Below are positions 14,010-28,500 of a DNA stretch of 64,000 bases, piece after piece (position 1 is the stretch's first letter; the number at the start of each line of letters is the position of its first letter). Made by a program: the position numbers and the translations under genes. Below the pieces are notes generated by a model. It did not search any database. It was not told the origin of the DNA and saw only the letters and a program-made list of their open reading frames with translations. The stretch spans positions 394,414-458,413 of the forward strand of contig NMRA01000214.1 in assembly GCA_002633005.1 (NCBI GenBank), in the 5' to 3' direction. This DNA is from Phoronis australis. Taxonomy: Eukaryota; Animalia; Phoronida.

Positions 14010-16317
14010 CTCTAAAATTTTAGAACTGATATTTGATTTTATCTCCAAGAGAAGAAAAGAGGCAAAACTAAACAATTTAGTTGTTGAAGACAGGAAATGG
14101 CATTTTAAACATAGTTACGCCATTTCACAATCACCAGATTCTGCAATGTTCCACAGTGCTGATACAACATTTTTTCATTTCAATACCTTTTGTTGACTCT
14201 GTGATCGCATTTGAAGAATTTCTTCATCAGCCGAAAGAAAGACACACAGCTAAAGCCCTTTCTCTTCATACAGTACTTTGATTTTCCCACAGGACTTCAT
14301 ACGTCAAATCATATGCGATTATGGGACTGTGTATAGACAATGGTTTGATTGTCATATGTAAGACAGTCGGATGTACTCTGTCTTAACTATAAAATTGCAC
14401 ATGGCTTTTTAGCTTGAAAATTCTCGTGCAAATGCACCAGTCCTGCACTACAATGATGCCGGCTCACTGTTTGAAAATACGTCAAATAAAATAGTTTGCA
14501 TACTCTATCCTAACTCCACCACAGTAAAAATGCTGAAGAGACAAAATGCTAGTATTGCCCGGTAAAAACAGCTTCGTGCCACACATATACACACACGCAT
14601 TGCACACACCACATACACAAGCAAGCACAGACACAGACGGTTACCATAATTGGTAGTTTGTAATTTTCAAGGACTTTTAACATTGTTGTGAAATTGAAAA
14701 GTTGATGTCTAGCGGTAGTTACTGTGCTACAACATGTTAATATAGAAAAGCATGCCGATTTGTTCCTACAAATTCAGTCCTAAATTACCGACATGTTATC
14801 GTAACCTTCATATTCAATGCACGTTAGTGGAGCTTGCAATCCACACGCATTACAACCGAAGCACCTATCACACTATTATTTCTCCTGGGTGTCTTAGTTC
14901 TTCAGAATGAACCCTGGACATTCTTCCAATTCTCTGGACAGAAACTGCATTGTATCATTAGTGCAGGCAAAATAGAGGAATGTAGTCATTGATGTGAAAC
15001 ATGTGACCGAGAACCTGAGTGGTTGTCAGTGGCATGTCAAACCCATTTATTGATCACAGCCTTACCCTAATTCTCATCCCCAGCTTCTCATTACTCAGCT
15101 TGTTCCTATGGACATACATGTATATATATATACATATATATATGACCAGTAATGAGTGTCAAACAAATGTATTATGTCACAGTGAGCAGAGTCTTGTAGA
15201 GAGACAATAAGGAAGAAAGGTCTCATCAATTTCAAATAAAAGTAATTGCCGAAGTCAATCTTTTTTCATTTTTGAGGGTTTTGCGAAATATTGTCTTATC
15301 ATACCTATGATGAAGCATAAATTTTGTGCACCTGAAAGCTTTTATGAAACAAATGGGAAATAAAATTTCATTGGTCTACCACATTATTTGCGACTGGTGA
15401 GACTGAACCGTGCACCACTGCTCTTTATTCTCAGAACCTCTTGCTTCATGACCACTGACCTAGTGAATACTGAGTGGCCCACTGAAGTAAAATCCCAACA
15501 ATTTTGGACAAAATAATTGCCAATTTGCATTTTTTCATTTTTCACGGACCTCTAATGTTGTTGTAAATACCCACAAATTTTCTAGGTATATTTTCTGATG
15601 GTAAGCTATTGTTTAGAACTTGGATATGGTGCCAAAGCATCGTTTCGGTGTTGTATATCATTTACGAAAAAATGAGAAAATATAATTTCACCTGTCCGCT
15701 ATACTGTGAGCTAAATTGGTGAGGTTTTACCGCAACAGTAGATCTGCGCTTTAAATCCCTCTGATGTCAACAGGGGGATATTTTCAACAGTTTCAAATTA
15801 CAATATTTTCCCACAACACTTCCCCCTTAGTGTTAGGCACTTCTTCCGAAATACAATTACCACTGAAATACCCCAACTTCATGAATGCAAAGTTTGCAAA
15901 CTAACTTTTGTTTTGTAACCGTTTCATTTGGACTGGGCTCACAAGAAACTATTTTATGGAAAGCGAAATAAATTTGTGAGTGCATGGTTTGCACACAATT
16001 CTCAGTCGATAATGTATTCAATAATCATTATCGCAGCATCAAATAATCAGTGCAGAACACGTGCCATTAGGCAGACTACGCATAATTAATTGGCATACTA
16101 ATTGAATTCCCTCTGTTCAGAGTGAAAAATGACCCACACGATCAAATTACTACCCATTCCTTCGCCAGAACTGAACACACTGCATCACACTGCCAAGCAA
16201 CAAGCCATATTGATACCAAACCAGTGGTGGATTTTTTACTAAGAAGATAGCCAGCATACTTCACTAGCTATGTACCTGAGTTTGTATATTCTGCTGACAG
16301 TTACAGGCCGGCATAAA

Positions 16318-16387
16318 ACTGGCTGAAAGGCCTTATCCACTGGCTAAAAGGCCTTTCTCACTGGCTGAAAGACTTTCCCACTGGCTC
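16318..16387. repeat. 21-bp minisatellite, ~3.4 units
   Basis: ACTGGCTGAAAGGCCTTATCC / ACTGGCTAAAAGGCCTTTCTC / ACTGGCTGAAAGACTTTCCC / ACTGGCTC. Confidence 0.85.
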
Positions 16388-17534
16388 CAGAAGTTTCCTG
16401 AAGTTTCAGTAAATGAGTACACATAACTTCGGTCATGCCACCTAACCATTGGCAAGGGTCAATGCGGGCATCAACTGGTTAATATTTTGTTCTACTATTT
16501 TGGCAGTATCAGGATTCTCTTTCAATCTATCTGTATTTTCTGGATTCTTTACATTACCAAAAAATAATGGAACCTGCACAAAATGAGAACCCGCAATACT
16601 GCCTTTGTCAAGATCAGCCAATACACATCCACCTTGTCATAATTCTGGTGAATTAGTTTGTCTGAATACTCTGAAGTTCAATGAAAATTGTAGTGGTTAA
16701 AGTAAAATACACCAACTTCGGACAAAAACAACCGTTTCTAATATAGTGGTGAATACCCACATTTTTTAATAGCGTATATCGTCAGGTAGTAACTATGGCG
16801 CACAACCTGAATACGGAAAAGCATCAGTTTGGTACTATGCATCATTTGTTGAAAAAGTTGATAAACACTCATTCATCCTATTGCGTTCTGAATTGGAGAG
16901 ATGTTACTGTATAAGGTATAAAACCAATCGATTTTGTAGTCTTTAACTCTTGGTTTGAACCTTTTAAAACTGGTTTTAAAAAAGTTGTACATATAGTGTG
17001 AGAGCGATAGCTGTTGAAACTCAGTTGCAAAAGTTTTAAACGGGGAGGGGGGGGGTCACAGTAGTAGTGGCTGTCAAATCTTGTAGTAAATATTGAGGCA
17101 AGAGGTAGTAACTGCAGTGAATCCTAAGTAACAGCACTGGTGGCTATTAACAAAAACTAGGGTTAGGACATTTATAACCAGGGTATGAAGGGTAACCATT
17201 GCTTATATAGGTTTAGTTGGAGTGAACACAGCTTGGATACAACTTGCCATTAACCTCTTAGTTTCCTTGGTAACATGTGAAATTTGTTGCCAAGTTCAAT
17301 AACACACAATGACAACACTAGGCACTGTTAGTAATTTTTGAATTATTTACCAGCATAGTCTACTTTGGTGCATTAATCCTCATGTTCCTTCAGATTAGTT
17401 ATACTGTTAAATCAAATTCAGATGTATTTCAAGGACTTATAGGGGTTGTTAATGGTAGTGTGATACACAAAGGCAATCACATTTCAGGCACACAAAGGAC
17501 AACATAGCCTCATTAAAGTACCAAGCATTAGTGC

Positions 17535-17952
17535 CGGTTACCCTTCAAAAGCTGACACGGAATAGCTGACACGGAACCATTTGTTCCAGTATGTAAATGG
17601 GACTGACACAGAGCAAATTGACACCACGGTGACAATTTTGCCACCCGTTTGTGAGGTAGAGCAATTAGCGCCCGAACATCTTGCTCCGTGTAAATTATAT
17701 GTCTAAACGTGAAACTGGGGCGAGGCGGAAAGGATCATCTCTACTGCGCTTGCCTAATGACCTACCTACGTATTCTTTGTCTCTGCAACTTTCGTCATTT
17801 GTAAACCTGCGCATGTGCGATCTAGTCTTTCCAGCCTGCAATTTCCGTCTTGCCACGATTAGTGAGTTGTGTGTGTAAACAGCCGCTTGACACGGGTCAA
17901 TTTGCTCCGTGTCAGTTGCGCCGGGCCAAAAGTCGATGTCTAAATGGGAGTA
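17535..17952. mobile_element. MITE, PIF/Harbinger-like
   Basis: Inverted CTGACAC(A/G)GAGCAAATTGAC / GTCAATTTGCTCCGTGTCAG, repeated GTCTAAA/GTGTAAA motifs and a GTCTAAATGGGAGT end. CpG is retained relative to the flanks. Confidence 0.6.
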
Positions 17953-20900
17953 TTATCAGGCTGATGTGTCGAATTTTCACAACAGGCAGTTCAGTTCTCC
18001 CACCACAGTGGTCAAAGTTTTAAATTGTAATTTGGACAAATTTCATTTCACCGAAGTCAGACTAAAATACTGATAATTATATTTTTAAATGCTATGTGCA
18101 AATTCTGTTACTGATTTCAGCCACCAAAATTGTTGCATTTACTGAAATTTAATGTATTGCAAATTATTTAATCAGAAAAACAGACCACCCATAATTTAGT
18201 GATCAAATGTTGCATACTAATACATGTGGATAAGAATTCAGGATTTCCTGCAGACAAAATACAATAGGGATCTGTTTGGCTGGTCTATGAAGGCACATTT
18301 CCACCAATCTTCTGTAACAGAGAAGCACCAATGTAAAAGTACAAAATTAACTTTGTGTTTCTCATGAGCTCCAATATTTATCTGACAAGGCATGGTTGCT
18401 TAGTGACGCTTGGTCCTCAGTGTGACTGCAAAAACAACATTAATTTTTTATACGAATAATCATGTATAGTTTTGGATAATGAATTGAATAAAAAGCTTAC
18501 GGTATACTAGAATAGTGTAAACTTGAAAAATATCAAATTGTACAAGTGATAAACTTTGATGACACTAAGTTAACCCATCAAAGCATCCAGGCTCCTCAAC
18601 TGTTAAATCCACCAATTTACTGTAAAGTTAAGTGGCAAACTTAACTTTGATCCGTACAAGACTAAATTTAAACTTTCACACCATCCCACACTCTCCAAAA
18701 TCCAAAAAATTGATGGTGGTATGAAAGGCAGAGACAAAAATGACCTAGTACTTAGTATTTGTTTTGGTTTATCTGTCAACCATCTGTCAGACAGGTTGGG
18801 ATCAGCCCTAATCTAATTTGTCACAACCAGACAATAGCTCACCACAAGATAATATGGGTAGTGATTAAATGATAAACATTGGACTTGCCAATGGGCTCTA
18901 CCGCTCTTTATGACTGAAAGTGACAAGGTGAAAGTGCCTTGTTAGACCCTTTAAAGTTATTTGCACAAAGGCAGCTGGCTTTCGAGATTTGTGCTTCCAG
19001 AAATAAAATTTCTTCAGTTATGGCAGAACATTTCAAAATTATTTTATGTAAATTTTCCATAAAAGTAAACAAGAAGAAAACCACTATCATACATGCCCAT
19101 TTTACATTGTGCACCTGTGACCAGCAAACAGACAATGAAGTATGAAGACCCTTAACAATACTGTGAGGTTCGGGAAAAGAAATGACAGTTTAAGCAACTA
19201 TTTTTTGTTCTAATTTGAGGAAACTTTACCATATCTGCCTACTTATTTTCGATTATACTTTGAGATTTTAAGCCCACTTTGACTTAAAGTGAAAGAGGCT
19301 GTTTTTACTCTTTTACCCAAAACCTGGATATCACAGGGTAGTTTAGTAATGATCACTGACTTATGATATGTTTAATGACACCAGATTGCACTATAGATAA
19401 GCAATAACAGGGAGAACAAAGGAGGTTACTACAAGTCTGGGGAAACTCAACAGGCTCACTATACAGGTGGGTCATAGGGGTTCAAGTGAGTTCCCTCTGA
19501 AGCACTAACCGTTCTTAGGCAAACATCTGTCCTGGATAGCGTGGCCTCCCAATAATACCATCAACTCTTAAATGGCGAGAAGGGAAACTAACATAGAAAG
19601 GTCTTGAACTATACTAAACTTTCAGCTCACAACAGGGAGTGCTGGACAGTAAAGTCTCACCAATTTTAAACAAAAATGTTGAAGTTGTTCGTTTTTCATT
19701 TTTCAAGGTCGTTTTACATTATTGTGAATGGCCACATCTTTGTGTAATGTTATCTGATCATGGCTACAGCACCTGAAACATGTTCATTTGGTAAGCATGT
19801 CTGTGTGCCAATGATTGACAAAACCTCAAACCAATACACTCTGCTTCAGAGCCATCTTGAATAAAGTAACCAGCCACAGTAACCCTGAAATAGATTCCCT
19901 CATAATTATTAACACTAGCATCAATAGAGACTCATAGTAAATATATAGCCATGGACTTTTCAAACCATCAACTGAAACGTGTTTAAATATGCCACAGTAT
20001 TTAGAAAGTTCCAACCAGTCTTTGAAGCTGCCTACCCAGCTGATAAATCAATTACCCGCCAGTCCCACTTGAGCCTCTTACAGGGTTTGGAATTAACAAC
20101 ATCATGAATGAGCTAAACTGCACACAAGCAGAACCAGACTCTCACCAAGAAAGTATGCCAAATGCATTACCTACTGTTCACTGTGAAGGCATTAACCTAT
20201 AGCAAATAGCAGCACTCGCAACATCGCAACTCTGCAAAATGCCTGTCCTCCGGAAGTCTGGGGTAAAATTTCTTCTAACATGTGAAACACCAAATTTTAA
20301 GAAAAAAATAGATTTTCTCACCACCATATCGTGGCCCAAATTCAAGAATATTTACCTGTAAGAGTAGTCTCAGTGAAAACACACCTGTTTACTGTGAAGT
20401 AACTTCAAACCATTAGACCGAACTGAAGTGTTCCCACTGACCAGCACTCCTTGAGGTCAGTTAAAAAGGAGCTTTAAAAGATCACCAATATGAGAATCAT
20501 GACAGATGCCATGGAACAAATTTGGACTCACTGAAGATTGTTCAACCACTAACTCCGTAACTGAGCTGATTAGAAAACACTCTTAGATCCGCTGTCTAAA
20601 AATAGTAGGTAAAGACTGACTTTTTTAAAAAAGCTGAAGAAACATATGACCCTGTTAAAGTGGAGAAATTTTGAAACACTAAATCTGTGGCCGGGTGAGC
20701 ATCACTGCTGAGGGTTTGGTTCCCTTCTTGACAACCTTGTGGTTGTGCACCCACTAACACGGCCTGTATCCATCACACACCCCGAACACACCCTAGATAC
20801 CCTGACATCATTTGTGTCAAGTGAACATTTAGAAACATTACTCTCATTGCCGTTAACAACCCGTCAGTCACTTGGATTACCAAGTTATTCGATAATCATT

Positions 20901-23839
20901 CCTTCACAAGGTGTTTTAATCATATGAATTGATATTGATTGGAAACTTAAAGCACCATCTGTCACAGATATTAATTATACATCATTTTACATCAGTTACA
21001 AGGTGTTCTCTTATATTTTCAGTAAAACTCATCAGTTGAACCTTTTACGCACACTTTTATTGATGGTGCGTTTTTACCCCAGAGCACCAGGGAAGGGCTT
21101 TAGGTTCCATTCCCCATTCTCAGTCACTGAACTCATTTCACAAGGTCCTTTTAAAGATGCTGGGTGCGGGGGGGGGGGNTGCGGGGTTAGTTATCGATAA
21201 AAATTGCAGAAATTGAAATAACTGAATGTCCGATCACATTCCATACAGCACTAAGCACTGCTTGAAATAAAACAAGAAGTTAAGAACACCTTTACCCGAG
21301 ACTCTGCGGATTCCTAATGTGGCCATAAAGGTAACCCAACTTGATAATGGACGAGTTCATGGCCTGAGCAGAACGCCATGTACCTGAGACTGATCTATTG
21401 TTAAGAGTATGTGAGGCTGAATTAAATGACAACTTATCTGGTCATAAACAGAGATACACAACTGAGCCTATTCGCAAAAGGTTCATAGCTATAATTTTGT
21501 GAAAAATATCCCTCCAGATGTTTTTCAGCAAATTGGATCTTTGATTTTTAAAAATCAGTGAACTATTAACTGAAATTACAACCACTTTAAATGTCCAAGG
21601 AAGACTTTGACTTGCTGACACCTGATAGTATTCCCATTTCATTAATTCAGGGAACTTTGTAAATAATATACAGGTTCAATGTACAGTGCATACTGATTTG
21701 GATTTTCAGAAGGCTAATGGGGGGGTAACGGACCGCTTCATGGTAAAACTTCAACAATTTAGATCAGAAGCTGCCAATTTCCCAGTTTTCAGTTTAATGC
21801 AGGAAAAGAGCTCCACCACTGACCACTGGTGTTGAGCAATGACAGTGCATCACACAATTACTGTCAAAACCACAGCACATGATACTACTATAATTCCACA
21901 TAGAGTTTGTGCACAACAAAAGAAAACAAAGCCCACTAGACTGGGCAACCCATTGAAGTGTTATGACAAGGAATGAACAGATTGGTAACAAAAACATTAC
22001 AGCATGTGTCATTGAACAGCACAATGCCTTCACAACTGAGGACAAGACAANTCACAGAAAAATCATTGTCAAATTTGCCGTTTTTCAAACGCTTTAAATG
22101 TTGCACTGAACACCAGCAATTTTCAGACAGGTGTATGCTGGGAGCTTCAATACAGGATTTCAGGAACGGCGAAGCGTGGATTTTGTGCTTCTAAATTCAG
22201 GAAGAAATTTTCACCTCTTCAATGTGATTCATCTGATCTAAATTTTACAACTGGTGATATTCATCAACAGCCCGGGAAACTCTTTTTTGCGTTTTGGTCA
22301 TGAGACTAGCCCACTTTTATTACGGTACACTGCACTGAAAAAAACAACAGGTAATTTGTCATAACCTGCAGGTGATTTTCAATCTTGAAAACAAATGTTT
22401 TCGTCTAATGGATAGTCATGTAAAACCCAGACGGAGATGTAAACAATTTAGAGTAAGCAGACTTCTAACTGAAGTTGGGTTGTAGCTAATCAATGATACA
22501 TCTAAGTCCAGGCATGAACACAAGTCAATGGGCACTTCTTTGCAAAGCAACAACACTGAACAGGCCCTTGCTCTTGATTACAAAATGGATCAATTTCTTG
22601 GCGCTGACTGTGTCAACCAGATGTGGAATGCACTCAGAAACCGTGCACACAGCCCCCATCGAGAACCCCACCAGCATTAGGAATCTAATCTGACCAGCTG
22701 ATTGGCTGTTACAAGGCAGCTTGCTGATTGGCCAAGTGGTGTTTACTTTAAGAATGACTGAAGTTGAGTACAGGTTGTCTGCATGATAAATAAAGTTGTT
22801 TGAACTAGCTATTCAAAGGAGCTGAATGTGGCAAGTGTGCTGAAGTTCAAGATTAAACATGACCAGTACAGTTGTCACTCCATCAGCAAGCAGCATTATG
22901 TGACATGTTGTGTGTTTTGAAGCAAAGTTTTTATGACGCAAGTTGCAATAAATACTCAAACAGTCTCCCTCTCCTGAGAACCCACCCCCCTCCCCCGTCA
23001 CATGGAGAACAAAGAAATTGCCTTTAGTCTCACTAATTCAGGTCACAATATGTTGGATGAATGAACATTTTTTTCATTTTTTTGATGAAAATTAAGCAGT
23101 ATCGAAGAAATGTGGGTATTCACAATGCTAAAAGCTTTGAATAATGAAACAAGTCCATTTCGGCAATAATTTTTTGTTGAAAATGTATGGAATTTTACTA
23201 TACCTGATGTTTTCCTACACCTGCAGCTCATTACAAAAACCTCTAGCTTGGTTTCAAATTCAGAAAGCATTTGCCAAATATGAAGCTAAATGCAGACACC
23301 TATCTAGTCCATTAATAAGAGTTCCGGCGATTTTTGTCCAGCATCACAACATGAAGGTAGATCATCTACCATGATGGTACAAAGAATAACTAAAAGTAGT
23401 GCTAGAGAACAGAGCATCTAGCTAATTTTTCGTCATATTTCTTCGGGTAAAATCGACCCTGACTTAACTTTCCATGTAAAATTCACTTTCCGAAATCAGT
23501 TTTAATACATATTTTGTCAATTTATTTCAGCAAAAGCTTTATTGCCAAGAAGCCATCATTAATGGCTCCGTGGCACAATATTCGCATCAGCTGTTCATTG
23601 TCATGAGCAGAGCGAAAACTTCTGCCTTGCGCTAGTTATGAGAAATATGTGTGTGGACGCTACGCAAGTTGAAAGTTGTTCTAGGGTAAGTCCAAGTGTG
23701 GATGGGACTTCATAGCCGGTGAAAAGAGGATGTAATCATAGATTTATATTTTACCAATTAAAATGTCACAGCACCAGAAACAGCATTTGATAAAACTTAT
23801 TCAATGCAACATATGATGAATAACTACATGCCCAGAATT

Positions 23840-24290
23840 CAAGGTACCTAAACTACACGGTCAACGGATTCATAAACACGGGCACGGACACATGAACATG
23901 ACTCACGCCGGACCTGCAAACACCGCTCACTGACTCACAAACATGGGAACGGACTCACAAACACGATCCACGCACCCAAATACACCGCACACGGACTCAT
24001 ATTCACGAGGAAACACGGTTAATGGACCGCCAAACACGGGTCACGGACTCATCGGCTTCCTGGGTCACCTGACATCAACATTTTGTCCGTAAACCGTGCT
24101 TGGCGGTCCGTTAACTGTGTTTCCTCAGGAATATGAGTGCATGTCCCGTGTATTTGGGTGCGTGGATCGTGTTTTGTGAGTCCGTTCCCGTGTTCGTGTG
24201 TCAGTGAACGGTGTTTGCAGGTCCTGAGTCATGTTCATGCGTCTGTGGGCCTGTTTATCAGTCCGTTAACCGTGTAGTTTAGGTACCTTG
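23840..24290. mobile_element. Foldback non-autonomous DNA transposon (long-TIR MITE) with 5-bp TSD GAATT
   Basis: Arms 23840-24048 and 24085-24290 are reverse complements, with the outer 22 bp perfect (CAAGGTACCTAAACTACACGGT). GAATT flanks both sides (23835-23839, 24291-24295). Internal ACACGG/CGGACTCA subrepeats. Confidence 0.9.
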
Positions 24291-25047
24291 GAATTGTTTG
24301 ATGACTATTGGCTTTCTTCAATTTCCAACTGCTGGTTTATGACCGTTGGTAATTGGTCCATTATGCTGCACAAAGCAGAATTAATGAACAAGAATACTGG
24401 CTATGGACTACTTTTTAGTTTCTTGTCAATTTCCAAAATTCCAAAACCCCAGCCTGTGCACTTTTCTCGAACTATATTCAAATATGCTATTTAAAACTTT
24501 CAAAATGATAATTTAAAAAAAAACATTGTCTTCCCAGTGTTTATAGCCATGTTTATGATGGGCAGTGTTGTGACAGATTACCGTACTCAAGAGATTATTC
24601 AGAGAACAAAAAACATCTGCTGAAAGTGGATGGTTTCTTTGAAAATAGCGAGTTGCCTAAACTTGGATGGTGTCAGTGCTGGATTTTTTTCGTTAGCGAA
24701 TCTTCATTTTTCTAAATTTCTTAAAAAACCAACACAAACAGCTAGAAGAAAATTGCGCTGCATTATAAGCAGTTTGAACTGTACAGCTGTCATTAGTCAA
24801 CTCTTGGTGAAGTGTTGCAAATTTTATGTAGCAATGCAGCCAGCTTAAGCAAATTGGAAGACAATTAGATTACAGCTAGTGGGAACCCTATGGCTAAAAG
24901 GTCAAGGCTATCGCTATAACATATTTCACACAAAAGTAATTACAAGAAATGTCATTTTCTTATTTTCCAAAGGTTTGTACCTTGCTACAAATAGAAGTGA
25001 CTTCAGCAAATGTTGTTTTTTCACATCTACAGAGTACAAAGAAGGAA

Positions 25048-25285
25048 GAGGCAGTGACTGGCCTTAGTGGGGCATTAGTTCCTACTGAAGTTCGAGGGGT
25101 CAACTCCCACTGGGGTACACTGCTAGACCCTTGAGTCGGGCCTCTAGCTCCTCAGCTCGGTTTTACATATATATTAATAAAACATAAAACTGGTTCCAGG
25201 TGATCAGTGCAATGGCCCACCTGAGTGGCTTGCAGATGTCTGGTACAACGTGACAGTATACCAGACCACCTGCAATGATTTTTAT
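25048..25285 (+). mobile_element. tRNA-derived SINE family A, copy 3
   Basis: GAGGCAGTGACTGGCCTTAGTGG head and the same body (ACACTGCTAGACCCTTGAGTC...TATATATTAATAAA...CCAGACCACCTGCAAT). Confidence 0.85.
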
Positions 25286-25568
25286 ATACAATACAAACCA
25301 GGCTAGTAAAAAACTACAATTTTCTTTTTGTTGTGAAACCTGGCAAAACAAAATTTTACTTGTCAGCTCTACTGTGCACTAAACGAGTTCCACAGCAAAA
25401 TTTTATAACGTCTGAACAAATCCAGAAATGTGAGTATTGGTTGTAACAGACATGAAGTGTAAGTGTTCAGTACTGACATAAGATATGAGTGGTCAGTGTG
25501 AAACACAAGCAGAGAAATGACCTCCACAAGCAAGTCATGTGAAAGAGATTGTGATCAGGTATTTAGTT

Positions 25569-25582
25569 GTTGCCATAGCAAC
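25569..25582. promoter_or_regulatory. RFX X-box
   Basis: GTTGCCATAGCAAC, canonical X-box. Confidence 0.55.
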
Positions 25583-28500
25583 TCAAAAATAGAATGATAG
25601 CCTAACAGTGCATGAGATCACACAGGAACGCTTAGTGTTGCTGGGGACTTGTAATGAAGTCCTAAGAAAACAAAATTAGCTCTCATTGCAACTGGAAGTA
25701 AGCTCCAGAATCAATAAATGAGATTCGTTTCAGTGGTTCACACAAATGGCCATTGAACACTAACAGCTTGGCTCCGCCTGTCATGACTATTGACAAGTGT
25801 TTGGCATGTTTTTCTGGTTCTTGTAAAGCATCTACTGGTATCCAAGGCAACTGCCTATTGCTACACTACTCTAGCAGTAGGAGTTTCCTTAAGTTACCAA
25901 ACAGTCAACCATAGTAAAAAAATTTGAAGATGGAAGATTCATATATTACTGGTTTTTTTCATTACAACCCATCACATTTCTTTAAATAAATTATCCGTGC
26001 ACCAATAATTTGGGTGTTGTTTGGGATGAGTTTACTTCAATTAAGGGGCTAATCTTTATTGGCCTTTTCAGTCCTCTGCCATTTGTGGATCAATTCGCAC
26101 AAAATGTTGTACAATCATTTAACAGCCTATGTTAGAGCGAATGTTGTCTGTTTCTTAATTTCCATTGAACAACTGACATAAAAATGAAGACTTTACATGG
26201 ACGGCTGACTCTCTGTAGTTTGAGGGTAAATCTCTAAAAATTCGAAACACAACTCTCAGTCGAAAGAATTTGAAGTTGATACTCACGAAGTCTGCCGCAA
26301 CGTTTCAGAAATTCATGTCCCAAGCAATAATTGACAATTTTCCCGAAAATGAAGGTCCCGTGATCGAGAAAGGAATTTACAAAAATTGACAACTATCTTA
26401 CAACACTGATTGAAAAAGGAATTAGCGGAGGGACATCTACACTCAGTTACCTACTGCAATATTTCAGTGAAAGCACAGAGCCAAAAGACTAATTCCATTA
26501 CTGGATTTCAAATGCAAACCAGGCCTTCCCAAATATTTCACGCTTAATTAACATCATACAAAGAATGTTTTGTATTTTTCATCCACAAGGGGATTGGATT
26601 TGGATTACAAGCAAACAAAACAGATGGCCCTCTCCTGCAAATAATGGTAAACATTGGTGACAATAAGGTGTGGCCTTGGTTTCTTTTCTTGAAGTATGAA
26701 TGGTTTGAACTTAGGCATCTATTGTAAAAGCTCATTAATTTGGATCAAAAATGATTTTCCTTTTTCTTCAGTTTTGGTAAGCCTGTCCGAATAAGACCGG
26801 TAGCGCCACAATTCCAATTACTTATTTGGCATAAGGCAACTTCCTAACTTCCTGTTAATTAGCAATAAAAGAATTTTAAGTAGAATTTACACAGGAGACA
26901 GTTGTCATAGAGCAACAAACAGTGAACAGCAGATCAGGCGCAAGTATGTAAACACACTGATATTGAGCAAGATGACATGGGTTTGAGAGGTAGAGCAAGT
27001 TGCACTCTATCAGTTGTTTCAGTTTCAACTGCATGTCTAAACACAAACCAGGGCATTAAAAAGAAGGATCAGTACTTTTCCCTAGCATATCACATGGTTT
27101 AGACTTTGGCCAATTGTTCATGCAAGCATGCGATGACAGTCTTCATGTAAATGAATCATGCTGATCCAGTTTGCGATTTAATGTCGGGTACGCGACTCTG
27201 AAGTGGAGCAAGTCGCGCCATGACAACTCGCATGGTGTAAAAACAGCTTTAATACAATATATGTTAAAGGGGTACTTCACTGCTGCTCAGCTGACCAATT
27301 CTTAGCCAACCACAATAGAAACTTTGAAGCGTTTTCTTGAGGAGCTGACGGTTTTTAACAATGTTCTTGTTGATAACAGAAAGAGAATTCTATTGCGATT
27401 AGGAATATTATGTAACTAATTAATGAAAGGTGAGCTTAAGACCTAATTGGATATTTGTTTCTTAGACAGCAATACAAGACGCAATGCAGCTAATGTCTAA
27501 GATAAAAACATACCCAAGTATTTCATTGAGAATTTCATTGAGTAGTATGCACTTACTATTATCTTTTCTAAAACAACCTCAAAGAAAAAGTAAACGTCTT
27601 ACCCAGTGTGTTGCTTGTAAGGCTTGAACTAGCTTAAGGCTGAACCTTTAAATGTGAAGGGATATTCGCTATTCACAGAATGAAATGTGACTTGACCGAA
27701 ATAGCAGTCTTGTGACACTAAAAGTCTGTCTGTTGACAAAAAACACAAAGGGCATTTGAGGACACAGGCTACTCTATCAGACTCGGTCATTGAAAACATC
27801 ACAACAATCGAAGCTCGAAGGATAACCAAGGAGTGCATTTATGTTTTAAGACCAACTGAAAACCTTTAGTCGCTCAGCCAAAAGTGTTGGGGGCTAGTAG
27901 TCATTGGTTACTCAGCTTGTCCGTTACTGAACATCAATTTTACATAAGAATTTCAAGAAATGTCAGGTTAAGCATAACATCAACTCTCCAAATGCTATCC
28001 CAGGTTATCTACGAGAAATAACTTTCGGAGGTCACCAAACCTTGTTGGCAAAAACTCAAAATGAAATAAACAAGATGCCTGAAATGAAACGTACGCAAGC
28101 TCGGCAAATTATCAAACTTTCCATGACTAACCACTTAACAGGAGTCCTCCCAAATGGCATTTTTTCATTTGAGCAGCATATTAGAAGTGTCTCGCATGCT
28201 AAGTGACGGCCAATTTCCCCCTCTTGGACCCAATATCTTGCGTGCGGGCTCGCTTACTGAGGTAGTCGATTGCGATTTGGCCCTTTTGAGTTTTGGTGAA
28301 TGATTCTGACTTCCCTGTTTACTTCCTGTAGTATTCATGCATGGATGTGGCATGGTGACTTTGTGGTGATCTGGCATTTCTACTAGGTCACCACAATAAA
28401 TCTAAGGTCGCATGGTGACATGCAGATCGCCAAATTGATCCCTTTACCATGTTTTGTTTCATTCAGTCATTTACTCCCACCCCTTTATTTTTAATTCCTT

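Noticed and set aside
14281-14363. Plus-strand AG...GT exon-like segment
   Set aside because: No recognisable product, no partner exons, and opposite to the inferred transcription direction.
21162-22051. Poly-G run (G-quadruplex candidate) and single N bases at 21179 and 22051
   Set aside because: Homopolymer with assembly ambiguity; the sequence is unreliable here.
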